From: Macrostomum hystrix
Taxonomy: Eukaryota; Animalia; Platyhelminthes
Length of the DNA stretch: 64,000 nt
Direction: 5' to 3'
Assembly (NCBI GenBank): GCA_950097015.1
Contig: CATNEN010000038.1
Location: 15,748,001-15,812,000, forward strand
The position numbers and the translations under genes were made by a program. The notes beneath the pieces are model-generated. The model did not search any database. It was not told where the DNA came from and saw only the letters and a program-made list of their open reading frames with translations. This document shows positions 27,931 through 39,578 of the stretch, in pieces. The stretch's first letter is position 1. Each line of letters begins with the position of its first letter.

Positions 27931-28899
27931 CAAATATAAGCTATCTGTGAACATTTCTATAGGGTGTGAGCTACGTAGTTAAATTTTATTTAACGAGGCC
28001 AACTTTGTTTTGCGCTGGAAAAAATAATTTTGAATACTTATATAGGACTATTTATATACATAATATTTTTTGTTATTTTAATAACCGCCTTTAATTATTG
28101 AACAATACGAGCGGATACAGGGATATTTCAAATACCCATGCACTGTCAACTCTCATTCGTTCTTTCATGTCGACTACTTTACAATGTACTGCCCACAGCA
28201 TTTTCAGGACGTCCTGCTTGTAGAGTGACATTTTGTTCATTTTTTAATAATATTTTAATATTGTAATGCGCTGTAGATACTATTGTGTTTTTTAGTTTTT
28301 TAGACACATGTTGAGTACGAAGTACACGTGAACAATGTGCTGTAAATGAGGCTAGACATTAATTAAATTCTTATTTGCTTCTGTCTCTCCCAGAAGCAAT
28401 ATTCAGTGGCTCTACGCTCGAAGATGGTTGAATTAAAAGTGAGTGTGTTTGCAGTTTTCCAATCTACACAGAACAAGCTTTCATTATAGTAAAAGTTCGG
28501 ACAACTCAAGCTGTGTGCATCACCTTTTATTAGTAAAAGTGACAGACAGCTTTTAGACTGCACATAATCTTACTATTTAATTAAGTAACAGAAAGAGACG
28601 GAAAGTTTCACAGGTAGGCCGTTCATGAGGTGGTGCAGCTTATTTAATCAATTTTTTTTCTTCGCGGCTAGAGAAAAGCTGTTTTGGTATTCCAACCAAG
28701 GCGATGCACAAATGCACACTGCATGCGGCGCCAATGACATTTAAGTCGTCAGTCGGCTGCGGGGGCGCCCACCGCGCTTTATAGCATCAAGAGAGGCGTT
28801 ACTGAGCCTGCGCTGGTAGACCTTGCCAGATAAGATTAGCAATTAAAATATGCCTTAGCGCTCAGCCTAGTTGACAAACTCAAACACAATTCAACACAC

Positions 28900-29457
28900 A
28901 TGGCTCAGAAGAGCACAGTAGGTTTCAACCTGCCATCGTCGGGCGATTCAACAACCGCGACAGGCAGGCAGCGGAAGTCAAAGCAGGCGACTACTGCACA
29001 AATACCGGCTAGCGATTATCATCGCCTAGTTTTTCTGCGGGACTGCGGCACAACCTATCACTGCAGCAGGCGTCGATCCTTGTTTAGCGACCAAGATCCA
29101 ATTCCAATTCGCGTGTCGATCGACACTGTCGAAATCATCCCAGTTGGTCTGCTGTCATCGCCCAGAATGCTGGTTCAGCAGTCACTGGCTGCAGCCAGCT
29201 TGGCCCTAGAAACTGCGGCGAGCAACAAGTCCAAACGTCGCATTGTTAACAAGCGAAGCGATCTGAGCAGCGATTACTCTGCGACGAGACCAGGCAAGTT
29301 CAGCGACAAGAAGTCGGTGTCGTTTCACCCGACAGTCGAGCAGGTCAGCTACGCCGCCCAGAGGGCAGCAGCGAAAAGAGCAGCAGCCCGCAGTCTTTTG
29401 CCACCAATTCCAGTCAGGAGAATGCTGTCCACTGAGCAGAAGGCTGCCAAAGCCTGA
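28900..29457 (+). CDS. Single-exon hypothetical basic protein (185 aa) with a putative PP1-binding RVxF motif
   Basis: ATG-to-stop ORF in non-repetitive, GC-elevated sequence like the neighbouring exons. TATA-like TTTATAG at ~28778. No family recognised. Confidence 0.55.
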   Translation: MAQKSTVGFNLPSSGDSTTATGRQRKSKQATTAQIPASDYHRLVFLRDCGTTYHCSRRRSLFSDQDPIPIRVSIDTVEIIPVGLLSSPRMLVQQSLAAASLALETAASNKSKRRIVNKRSDLSSDYSATRPGKFSDKKSVSFHPTVEQVSYAAQRAAAKRAAARSLLPPIPVRRMLSTEQKAAKA

Positions 29458-29692
29458 CTTTTTTTACTGATTGTAGTTTTTTATGCGAAATATCAAATTT
29501 CAGATAGCCAGCCATCAAAACCGAATGACCGATCTTCACGAAAGTCAACTAAATATATCTACATTTTCCGCGCTTTTCGATTAACTAATTTTCAAAGCCG
29601 CTCGACGTCAACATCGTCGAGATATTCGGCGATTCCTATGGAAGACACTGGTGACAAGGACAACTAGCATATCCCTGTATAAGCCTCTATAG

Positions 29693-30162
29693 CAGAGGTC
29701 GGCAAACTTATTAGCTAGTGGGCCAAAAAGAGAACCTAAAAGACGATAGCGGGCCGAATTGACTGTAGAAATATGAGAAAGGGGAGAGAGAAGACTCGGG
29801 AGAGATGAGACACGGGAGGGATAAGACACGGAAGAGATGAGACAACGGAGAGATGAGACAGCGGAGAAATGAGACGCGGGAGAGATGAGACACTGGAGAG
29901 ATTAGAAGGCGGAGAGATGAGACGGTGGAGAGATAAGATAGCGGAGAGATGAGACGCGGGAGAGATGAGACGCGGGAGAGATGAGACGCGGGAGAGATGA
30001 GACGCGGGAGAGATGAGACGCGGGAGGGATAAGACACGGAATATATGAGACACGGGAGAGACGAGACAGGGGAAAGATGAAACAGGATACTGAAGGGGCA
30101 ACGGGCCGGATTTGGGAGCTTCGAGGGCCGAATCTGGCCCGCGGGCCGGAGTTTGCCGACCC
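29693..30162. mobile_element. hAT-like MITE (copy 2) with internal minisatellite
   Basis: TIRs CAGAGGTCGGCAAACT ... AGTTTGCCGACCC. Left flank CTCTATAG, right flank (C)TATAG. Colinear with the copy at 3354. Confidence 0.85.
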
Positions 30163-30542
30163 TATAGTAAATCCATTTTCGTTAAAAATTAAAATGTTGG
30201 TACTTGAAATCTGCCCTCCCCGTGGTGTTTCTACTGTTAATTAGACTCTCGGACAGAAAAGAATGAATACCTAAGAAACATGTTATTTGTATTTATTTTA
30301 GTTGTTTGTCAACACAGATGTGTCTATGACTTTATTACTTATTTTATGGCAAAATTTTATTGTATGGTAAAAGGCCATCAACAAGCAAATCAATATTTTT
30401 TGTGTACTTATGTGTAATGAAATTATAACCAACGTCTACGAGTCGAACAGTTGAAGCAAACGGAACTTAGGCTGCATTCTAGAAAACTAATTTTTTGAAA
30501 AATAAGCAAGACAATCTGCCGAGAAGCCCTATGGCCTCGTCG

Positions 30543-30875
30543 TAGAAATCTCATATAGTTTATAAAGTAGAAATCTCATCTAGAGATTATCCCATAGAAA
30601 TCTCATCTAGAGATTATCCCATAGAAATCTCACCCAGAGATTATCCCATAGAAATCTCATCCAGAGATTATCCCAATTAAATCTCACCCAGAGATTATCC
30701 CAGAGAAATCTCATCCAGATATTATCCCATAGAAATCCCACCCAGAGATTATCCCATAGAAATCTCATCCAGAGATTATTCCACAGATATCTCATTTATA
30801 GATTATCCCATAGAAATATCATCCACAGATTATCCCATAGACATCTCATCTGGAGATAGTCTAATAGAAATCTAG
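30543..30875. repeat. ~27-bp minisatellite (TAGAAATCTCATCCAGAGATTATCCCA)n
   Basis: Directly visible, just 3' of the NUDT6 stop. Confidence 0.9.
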
Positions 30876-30925
30876 AAGACCACTGGTAAAACATGAGCAT
30901 CGCAGTATCCTCAGAGTAAACGCTA

Positions 30926-32282
30926 TCAGCTGACTACATCCAACGGCCTGTGATAGAGGCTCACTCGTCTAGCTGTGTAAATTGAGAACAAATCAAAGCG
31001 ACGCATTTCAACAGATTCAAAGCCAATTTGAAGGCCCAACTTCACCAGAGGCAGAGCGGCTCGGAGCACTGGCGCCACTTCGGCCTGCGGCAGAGACTCG
31101 AGTTGCGACACAGACAGCCATTCGGCCTTAGAAATCTCGTCAGGACACGGCCTGACCAGCTGACTGTCCCGGCTGCCATTCGCCAAGCTGAGCCGGCAGA
31201 GGACGTAGAAATCTGACCGATTGAAAGCCATCGGATGCCGATGATGATGACGGAAGGCCAGCACGGATTCGAAACGCGATTGTAAACCGGTCTCTTCGGC
31301 TACTTCCCTAGTAGCGGCCTCGCCAATCTCTTCGCCTAGATCGGCAACGCCGCCTGGTAGTTTCCATGGCGACGGAGAAGAAGATTTGCCGCAATTAGTT
31401 GAAGAAGTAGAAGACGGACTGGGTCGATGCTCGCGGACGCACAGCAGAGAATCGTCGTCTATAAGGAGGCCGGCCACGCCGAGCTGGTGGGTGCCGAATC
31501 TAGGCACCTTACTGGGCCTATCCGGCCTCAGCCATTTCACCAGGCTGGCATAGTAGCCTTCGGCGTGGTGATAACGAAAGCCGTCAATTGCTAGGCTGGC
31601 GGCCAGACTGCTCAGATGCAGGGGAAGCCGCACCCAGGCGGCTGGCGCAGCCGCTGATTGTGTTGAGACGGCGTCTGAGACGATGGAGACAGAGAGGAGA
31701 TAAGCGGGCGGTTTCTAGGGCCTGTTTTTAGAGTCCAATAGGAACAGGACTGAAGGTATTATGAGGCTGCCTGAAGGAACAGGAATGAAGGTATTATGAG
31801 GCTGCCTGAAGGAACAGGAATGAAGGTATTATGAGGCTGCCTGAAGGAACAGGAATGAAGGTATTATGAGGCTGCCTGAAGGAATAGGAATGAAGGTATT
31901 ATGAGGCTGCCTGAAGGAATAGGAATGAAGGTATTATGAGGCTGCCTGAAGGAACAGGACTGAAGGTATTACGAGGCTGCCTGAAGGAATAAATGACGGA
32001 TTTAGTTTGTCAAACTAGTAGTGTCATATTTTACAACAGAATAATAAACCTCTCTGATATGCTCACAAACACACCTCTGATATGCTCAATCACCAGGTCG
32101 GGATCCGTGCCCTCATTCACAGCTGATAGGTCCAGCATCACTCCGCCGTAGCGATCTGTTGTCATAGTAACACCAGACGCGTAATTAATGAAGCGTTTCA
32201 TTTGGGCTGGCGCTGCCGTAAGCAGATGAAATTTTCCTAGAACAGCTGACGAAAATCCACAACACCGCATTAGACAGCGCAT
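30926..32282 (-). CDS. NUDT6: Nudix hydrolase 6-like, 2 exons
   Basis: Exons 32282-32075 and 31674-30926 (phase 1). Motifs DRYGGV, AAWVRLP, GFRYHHAE..LVKWL, VPRFGTHQLGVAG, Nudix box WKLPGGVADLGEEIGEAATREVAEETG, FRHHH..FNRSDFY. The start Met (MRCLMRCCGF) is inferred. Confidence 0.92.
31740..31990. repeat. 35-bp minisatellite in the NUDT6 intron
   Basis: (GGAACAGGAATGAAGGTATTATGAGGCTGCCTGAA)n, about 7 units. Confidence 0.95.
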
Positions 32283-32326
32283 TTTGGTGGGCCTGCAAAC
32301 ACACAAATCAACGAATGACATTGTTG

Positions 32327-35300
32327 ATGAGTCTCTACCAATCATAACTAACTAGTCTACTGTAGGACATTGTTGATGAGTCTCTACCAATCATAACTAA
32401 CTAGTCTACTGTAGGACATTGTTGATGAGTCTCTACCAATCATAACTAACTAGTCTACTGTAGGACATTGCTGATGAGTCTATAACAATGTTAACTAACT
32501 AGTCTACTGTAGGACATTGCTGATGAGTCTCTACCAATCATAACTAACTAGTCTACTGTAGGACATTGCTGATGAGTCTCTACCAATCATAACTAACTAG
32601 TCTACTGTAGGACATTGCTGATGAGTCTCTACCAATCATAACTAACTAGTCTACTGTAGGACATTGTTGATGAGTCTCTACCAATCATAACTAACTAGTC
32701 TACTGTAGGACATTGTTGATGAGTCTCTACCAATCATAACTAACTAGTCTACTGTAGGACATTGCTGATGAGTCTCTAACAATGTTAACTAACTAGTCTA
32801 CTGTAGGACATTGCTGATGAGTCTCTACCAATCATAACTAACTAGTCTACTGTAGGACATTGTTGATGAGTCTCTACCAATAATAACTAACTAGTCTACT
32901 GTAGGACATTGCTGATGAGTCTCTACCAATCATAACTAACTAGTCTACTGTAGGACATTGCTGATGAGTCTCTACCAATCATAACTAACTAGTCTACTGT
33001 AGGACATTGCTGATGAGTCTCTACCAATCATAACTAACTAGTCTACTGTAGGACATTGCTGATGAGTCTCTAACAATGTTAACTAACTAGTCTACTGTAG
33101 GACATTGCTGATGAGTCTCTACCAATCATAACTAACTAGTCTACTGTAGGACATTGCTGATGAGTCTCTAACAATGTTAACTAACTAGTCTACTGTAGGA
33201 CATTGCTGATGAGTCTCTACCAATCATAACTAAATAGTCTACTGTAGGACATTGCTGATGAGTCTCTACCAATCATAACTAACTAGTCTACTGTAGGACA
33301 TTGCTGATGAGTCTCTACCAATCATAACTAACTAGTCTACTGTAGGACATTGCTGATGAGTCTCTAACAATGTTAACTAACTAGTCTACTGTAGGACATT
33401 GCTGATGAGTCTCTACCAATCATAACTAACTAGTCTACTGTAGGACATTGCTGATGAGTCTCTACCAATCATAACTAAATAGTCTACTGTAGGACATTGC
33501 TGATGAGTCTCTACCAATCATAACTAACTAGTCTACTGTAGGACATTGCTGATGAGTCTCTACCAATCATAACTAACTAGTCTACTGTACGACATTGTTG
33601 ATGAGTCTCTACCAATCATAACTAACTAGTCTACTGTAGGACATTGCTGATGAGTCTCTACCAATGTTAACTAACTAGTCTACTGTAGGACATTGCTGAT
33701 GAGTCTCTAACAATCATAACTAACTAGTCTACTGTAGGACATTGCTAATGAGTCTCTAACAATGTTAACTAACTAGTCTACTGTAGGACATTGCTGATGA
33801 GTCTCTACCAATCATAACTAAATAGTCTACTGTAGGACATTGCTGATGAGTCTCTACCAATCATAACTAACTAGTCTACTGTAGGACATTGCTGATGAGT
33901 CTCTACCAATCATAACTAACTAGTCTACTGTAGGACATTGCTGATGAGTCTCTAACAATGTTAACTAACTAGTCTACTGTAGGACATTGCTGATGAGTCT
34001 CTACCAATCATAGCTAACTAGTCTACTGTACGACATTGTTGATGAGTCTCTACCAATCATAACTAACTAGTCTACTGTAGGGCATTGCTGATGAGTCTCT
34101 ACCAATCATAACTAACTAGTCTACTGTAGGACATTGCTGATGAGTCTCTAACAATGTTAACTAACTAGTCTACTGTAGGACATTGCTGATGAGTCTCTAC
34201 CAATCATAACTAACTAGTCTACTGTAGGACATTGCTGATGAGTCTCTACCAATCATAACTAACTAGTCTACTGTAGGGCATTGCTGATGAGTCTCTAACA
34301 ATGTTAACTAACTAGTCTACTGTAGGACATTGCTGATGAGTCTCTAACAATCATAACTAACTAGTCTACTGTAGGACATTGCTGATGAGTCTCTACCAAT
34401 CATAACTAACTAGTCTACTGTAGGACATTGCTGATGAGTCTCTACCAATCATAACTAACTAGTCTACTGTAGGACATTGCTGATGAGTCTCTAACAATGT
34501 TAACTAACTAGTCTACTGTAGGACATTGCTGATGAGTCTCTAACAATGTTAACTAACTAGTCTACTGTAGGACATTGCTGATGAGTCTCTAACAATGTTA
34601 ACTAACTAGTCTACTGTAGGACATTGCTGATGAGTCTCTACCGATCATAACTAACTAGTCTACTGTAGGACATTGCTGATGAGTCTCTACCGATCATAAC
34701 TAACTAGTCTACTGTAGGACATTGCTGATGAGTCTCTAACAATCATAACTAACTAGTCTACTGTAGGACATTGCTGATGAGTCTCTACCAATCATAACTA
34801 ACTAGTCTACTGTAGGACATTGCTGATGAGTCTCTACCAATCATAACTAACTAGTCTACTGTAGGACATTGCTGATGAGTCTCTACCAATCATAACTAAC
34901 TAGTCTACTGTAGGACATTGCTGATGAGTCTCTAACAATGTTAACTAACTAGTCTACTGTAGGACATTGCTGATGAGTCTCTACCAATCATAACTAACTA
35001 GTCTACTGTAGGACATTGCTGATGAGTCTCTACCAATCATAACTAACTAGTCAACTGTAGGACATTGCTGATGAGTCTCTACCAATCATAACTAACTAGT
35101 CTACTGTAGGACATTGCTAATGAGTCTCTACCAATGTTAACTAACTAGTCTACTGTAGGACATTGCTAATGAGTCTCTAACAATGTTAACTAACTAGTCT
35201 ACTGTAGGACATTGCTGATGAGTCTCTAACAATGTTAACTAACTAGTCTACTGTAGGACATTGCTGATGAGTCTCTAACAATGTTAACTAACTAGTCTAC

Positions 35301-36930
35301 TGTACTCGTAGGACATTGCTGATGAGTCTCTAACAATGTTAACTAACTAGTCTACTGTACTCGTAGGACATTGCTGATGAGTCTCTAACAATGTTAACTA
35401 ACTAGTCTACTGTACTCGTAGGACATTGCTGATGAGTCTCTAACAATGTTAACTAACTAGTCTACTGTAGGACATTGCTGATGAGTCTCTAACAATGTTA
35501 ACTAACTAGTCTACTGTAGGACATTGCTGATGAGTCTCTACCAATCATAACTAACTAGTCTACTGTAGGACATTGCTGATGAGTCTCTACCAATCATAAC
35601 TAACTAGTCTACTGTAGGACATTGCTGATGAGTCTCTACCAATCATAACTAACTAGTCTACTGTAGGACATTGCTAATGAGTCTCTACCAATGTTAACTA
35701 ACTAGTCTACTGTAGGACATTGCTGATGAGTCTCTACCAATGTTAACTAACTAGTCTACTGTAGGACATTGCTGATGAGTCTCTAACAATGTTAACTAAC
35801 TAGTCTACTGTACTCGTAGGACATTTCTGATGAGTCTCTAACAATGTTAACTAACTAGTCTACTGTACTCGTAGGACATTGCTGATGAGTCTCTAACAAT
35901 GTTAACTAACTAGTCTACTGTACTCGTAGGACATTGCTGATGAGTCTCTAACAATGTTAACTAACTAGTCTACTGTACTCGTAGGACATTGCTGATGAGT
36001 CTCTAACAATGTTAACTAACTAGTCTACTGTACTCGTAGGACATTGCTGATGAGTCTCTAACAATGTTAACTAACTAGTCTACTGTACTCGTAGGACATT
36101 GCTGATGAGTCTCTAACAATGTTAACTAACTAGTCTACTGTAGGACATTGCTGATGAGTCTCTAACAATGTTAACTAACTAGTCTACTGTAGGACATTGC
36201 TGATGAGTCTCTACCAATCATAACTAACTAGTCTACTGTAGGACATTGCTGATGAGTCTCTAACAATGTTAACTAACTAGTCTACTGTAGGACATTGCTG
36301 ATGAGTCTCTACCAATCATAACTAACTAGTCTACTGTAGGACATTGCTGATGAGTCTCTACCAATCATAACTAACTAGTCTACTGTAGGACATTGCTAAT
36401 GAGTCTCTACCAATGTTAACTAACTAGTCTACTGTAGGACATTGCTAATGAGTCTCTAACAATGTTAACTAACTAGTCTACTGTACTCGTAGGACATTGC
36501 TGATGAGTCTCTACCAATGTTAACTAACTAGTCTACTGTAGGACATTGCTGATGAGTCTCTACCAATGTTAACTAACTAGTCTACTGTAGGACATTGCTA
36601 ATGAGTCTCTACCAATGTTAACTAACTAGTCTACTGTAGGACATTGCTGATGAGTCTCTACCAATCATAACTAACTAGTCTACTGTAGGACATTGCTGAT
36701 GAGTCTCTAACAATGTTAACTAACTAGTCTACTGTAGGACATTGCTGATGAGTCTCTAACAATGTTAACTAACTAGTCTACTGTACTCGTAGGACATTGC
36801 TGATGAGTCTCTAACAATGTTAACTAACTAGTCTACTGTACTCGTAGGACATTGCTGATGAGTCTCTAACAATGTTAACTAACTAGTCTACTGTACTCGT
36901 AGGACATTGCTGATGAGTATCTACTGTAGG
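32327..36930. repeat. 49-bp satellite (GACATTGCTGATGAGTCTCTACCAATCATAACTAACTAGTCTACTGTAG)n
   Basis: Directly visible, about 92 units; a 55-bp variant (+CTCGTA) is clustered in the distal third. Confidence 0.98.
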
Positions 36931-37128
36931 ATCAGAACATTTTATTTAAAGCTATTTTCTTCAAGATTTTACCATAGACACTAAAATTATCATTTACTCT
37001 GTGGTTTAGTGAATCGACTTTAAAAGACGGAGGCATTTATTCGCTTTACAAAATAAAAAACCACTGTAAATTCATTTATTATTATTAACTCGACACTGAG
37101 CAGTTAGTAATTCAACTATTTATCCTAA

Positions 37129-37617
37129 TCATCGCCTGGACAGCCAGAGCCTAAATTGAGCAGCCAGGAGTCCCAGCAGAGCCCGATTCCACCGCCTCGT
37201 AAAATTCTGCTGGTCCGGTTTGGTCTGTTCAAGAAACCGGCGATAGAACTCAGCCATCTGGTCAGGCAACAGCTGCTCCTCGGGCGAGTAGGCCAGTTCT
37301 GTGCGTTTTATCATTGAAAATCTGTCTTTAGCCAGTTTGAATGCCCGATTATGCTCGGCCCAGTGCTGGTGGCACAGCTGCCAAGCTGCCAAGCGTCTGT
37401 CCCTGTACTCCGACGCCGTTTTATCCCCGTCGGCGTCGGCAAGCTCGATCTGCACCGGTCGAATGGACGACCGAGGATCCGATGGTCCCAGGCTTTCGTG
37501 AATGCGCTGATGCAACTCACGACATTGCAGGCAAAGACGATGATGAAACAAACGGTTTGCTATGCTGGCCGGGTTTAGTAGGGCCTGATGACAGGCTTTG
37601 AATAACTGCTGGTTAGC
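37129..37617 (-). CDS. COA8: Cytochrome c oxidase assembly factor 8 (APOPT1)-like; coding exon lacks an ATG
   Basis: LGPSDPRSSIRPV, CHQHWAEHNRAFKLAKDRF and QMAEFYRRFL..FTRRW match COA8 conserved blocks. The frame is open back to the acceptor TCCCCTTACTGCAG|GCT at 37617. Confidence 0.88.
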   Translation of the reverse strand, partial: ANQQLFKACHQALLNPASIANRLFHHRLCLQCRELHQRIHESLGPSDPRSSIRPVQIELADADGDKTASEYRDRRLAAWQLCHQHWAEHNRAFKLAKDRFSMIKRTELAYSPEEQLLPDQMAEFYRRFLEQTKPDQQNFTRRWNRALLGLLAAQFRLWLSRR

Positions 37618-37699
37618 CTGCAGTAAGGGAAGTTTGTACGTTTAACTGACACATAGCGACAACGAAACTAAAATTGTTACTCACAGGTCGTAGTGCGTG

Positions 37700-38225
37700 T
37701 CTAATGAGACATTGTGGTTGGGGTAGTGGCTGTCCAATCAGACATTGTGGTTGGGGTACTGGCTGTCCAATGAGACATTGCGGTTGTGTAGTGGCTGTCC
37801 AATCAGATATTGTGGTTGAGGTAAGTGGCTGTCCAATCAGACATTGTGGTGGAGGTAGTGGCTGTCCAATCAGACATTGTGGTTGGGGTACTGGCTGTCC
37901 AATGAGACATTGCGGTTGTGTAGTGGCTGTCCAATCAGATATTGTGGTTGAGGTAGTGGCTGTCCAACCAGACATTGTGGTTGAGGTAGGGGCTGTCCAA
38001 TCAGATATTGTGGTTGAGGTAGTGGCTGTCCAATCAGACATTGTGGTTGAGGTAGTGGCTGTCCAATCAGATTTTGTGGTTGAGGTAGTGGCTGTCCAAT
38101 CAGACATTGTGGTTGGGGTAGTGGCTGTCCAATCAGACATTGTGGTTGGGGTAGTGGCTGTCCAATCAGACATTGTGGCTGGGGTAGTGGCTGTCTAATC
38201 AGACATTGTGGTTGGGGTAGACATT
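37700..38225. repeat. 33-bp minisatellite containing CCAATCAG
   Basis: (GTGGCTGTCCAATCAGACATTGTGGTTG[A/G]GGTA)n. Confidence 0.95.
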
Positions 38226-38789
38226 CTTGGTAGGAAAAGTCATTAATAGGCTGGCTTAATTAATCATTGCGACCAGAAACAAAAACTGTACTAGTGCTAA
38301 TGAAATATCTGACTGGTAAAATTTGCATTTAAATTGAATAGAAAATTAGGTTCCTTTTCAAAATTATTTATTATACGAGCTAGATTCGTTTTACGCAAAT
38401 ACAAGCAGGCTTTTTGGCACTTGTAAAACTGTTTAAGCACACAATAATGGTTGTTAGAAAGGCTAAAATATAAAATATACAAAAGCTTTAAAAGGTCTGA
38501 AAAATATTTCACAGAGAGTTTACGTTAAAAATAATATTGTAGCAAATAACTTGCGACATATTAATTGTCAACATATAATGAACAGCCTATGGGTAAAAAG
38601 AACAATAAATACGAGTTTTGTACTTTTTGCTTTTACCGGTGTACAAAAGATATTTATAGCTTGAATTCAAAATTAAAATATTGTTTTATCTGCAAATTTT
38701 ATTTGTTAAATTTACGTCAAACGGCTACCATTATTAAAAAAATAGGAAAATTTATTGATTAACATTTAATTATTAACAGTTTATTGAAC

Positions 38790-39437
38790 TTTAAAACTCT
38801 GACGTGGCGCATCTGAACGCTGCGTACAGCTGTTCAGTCCATGGACTGGGTGGACGCCAAACCCAGCCTGAATTACCCCGGGTGATGCTGGTACCCATTT
38901 AACTGCTGAGTGAACTGAGTTAGGGTCTAAATAAAGGACATAATGGGAGTCGCCCATCGCGCCATCTGGACCCCTGGACACGGGCACCTCACACACAGCA
39001 GCAAGCCAAGAGGGGAAGGGGCGGCAGGTGGAGTGCCTCTCACCCCAGGCCCGCACACGCACAAAGCTGACCAAACCAGGGGAGGACTTAGATGCCTGAA
39101 GGGTAGGGACGAGAGGACCAAGCCACGCGCGCGGACGGCTGGTGAAACCTCGCCGCTCAGAGCACGCATGGCTGGTGCACACCCGCCCCACCCCCATACA
39201 ACGCCTCACACCCGGCCCAATGCACAAACACAAACACAAACAAGCAGGCATGCAGAAGGCAGGGGTTAAGCTATTTTAAATTTGCTTTGGTTGCACAGAA
39301 TAAGGCGCATCTCCGCAAGTCACTAGTTCGCAAACCTCCAACTAAGCCCCGAGATAATCGTGACTTGGAGGGAGGAACGAACCAGCGACCATTGGAAAGT
39401 GAGACAGCGCCACTAGCCGCTGACCCACTCACCCCCT
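38790..39437 (-). mobile_element. Long composite SINE: tRNA-like head, unrelated GC-rich middle, family B 3' part
   Basis: Reverse complement begins GGGGTGAGTGGGTCAGCGGCTAGTGGCG...GGTTCGTTCC. Its 3' end (CTCAGTTCACTCAGCAGTTAAATGGGTACC...CCAGTCCATGGACTGAACAGC..CAGATGCGCC) matches SINE B. Confidence 0.7.
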
Positions 39438-39578
39438 ATGACAGGGTTCACTGAAATAGTAAAGTTTTCCGATATTTTTCCGGGTTTTTGTCGCTAATTC
39501 AAATTTATTATTTTCAAAAAACAAGTCAATGTGAGCAGTGCAATGTCTGCAGTAGGTCAGCAACTGTGTACTGTGGTA

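Noticed and set aside
32283-32345. N-terminal extension of NUDT6 from the ATG at 32345
   Set aside because: That ATG lies in the first satellite unit, upstream of a strong acceptor.
32327-36930. Tandem hammerhead ribozymes or C/D snoRNAs (CTGATGAGTC...GAC in each unit)
   Set aside because: The required GAAA core and stems I/III are missing (GAC is followed by ATTG), and there is no snoRNA terminal stem.
1-36930. CRISPR arrays
   Set aside because: The repeats are head-to-tail with no unique spacers, no cas genes are present, and the context is eukaryotic.
37618-37654. ATG mini-exon plus 22-nt intron as the COA8 start
   Set aside because: It is in frame, but the intron is implausibly short and the donor (GTACAA) is weak; retained only as a fallback.
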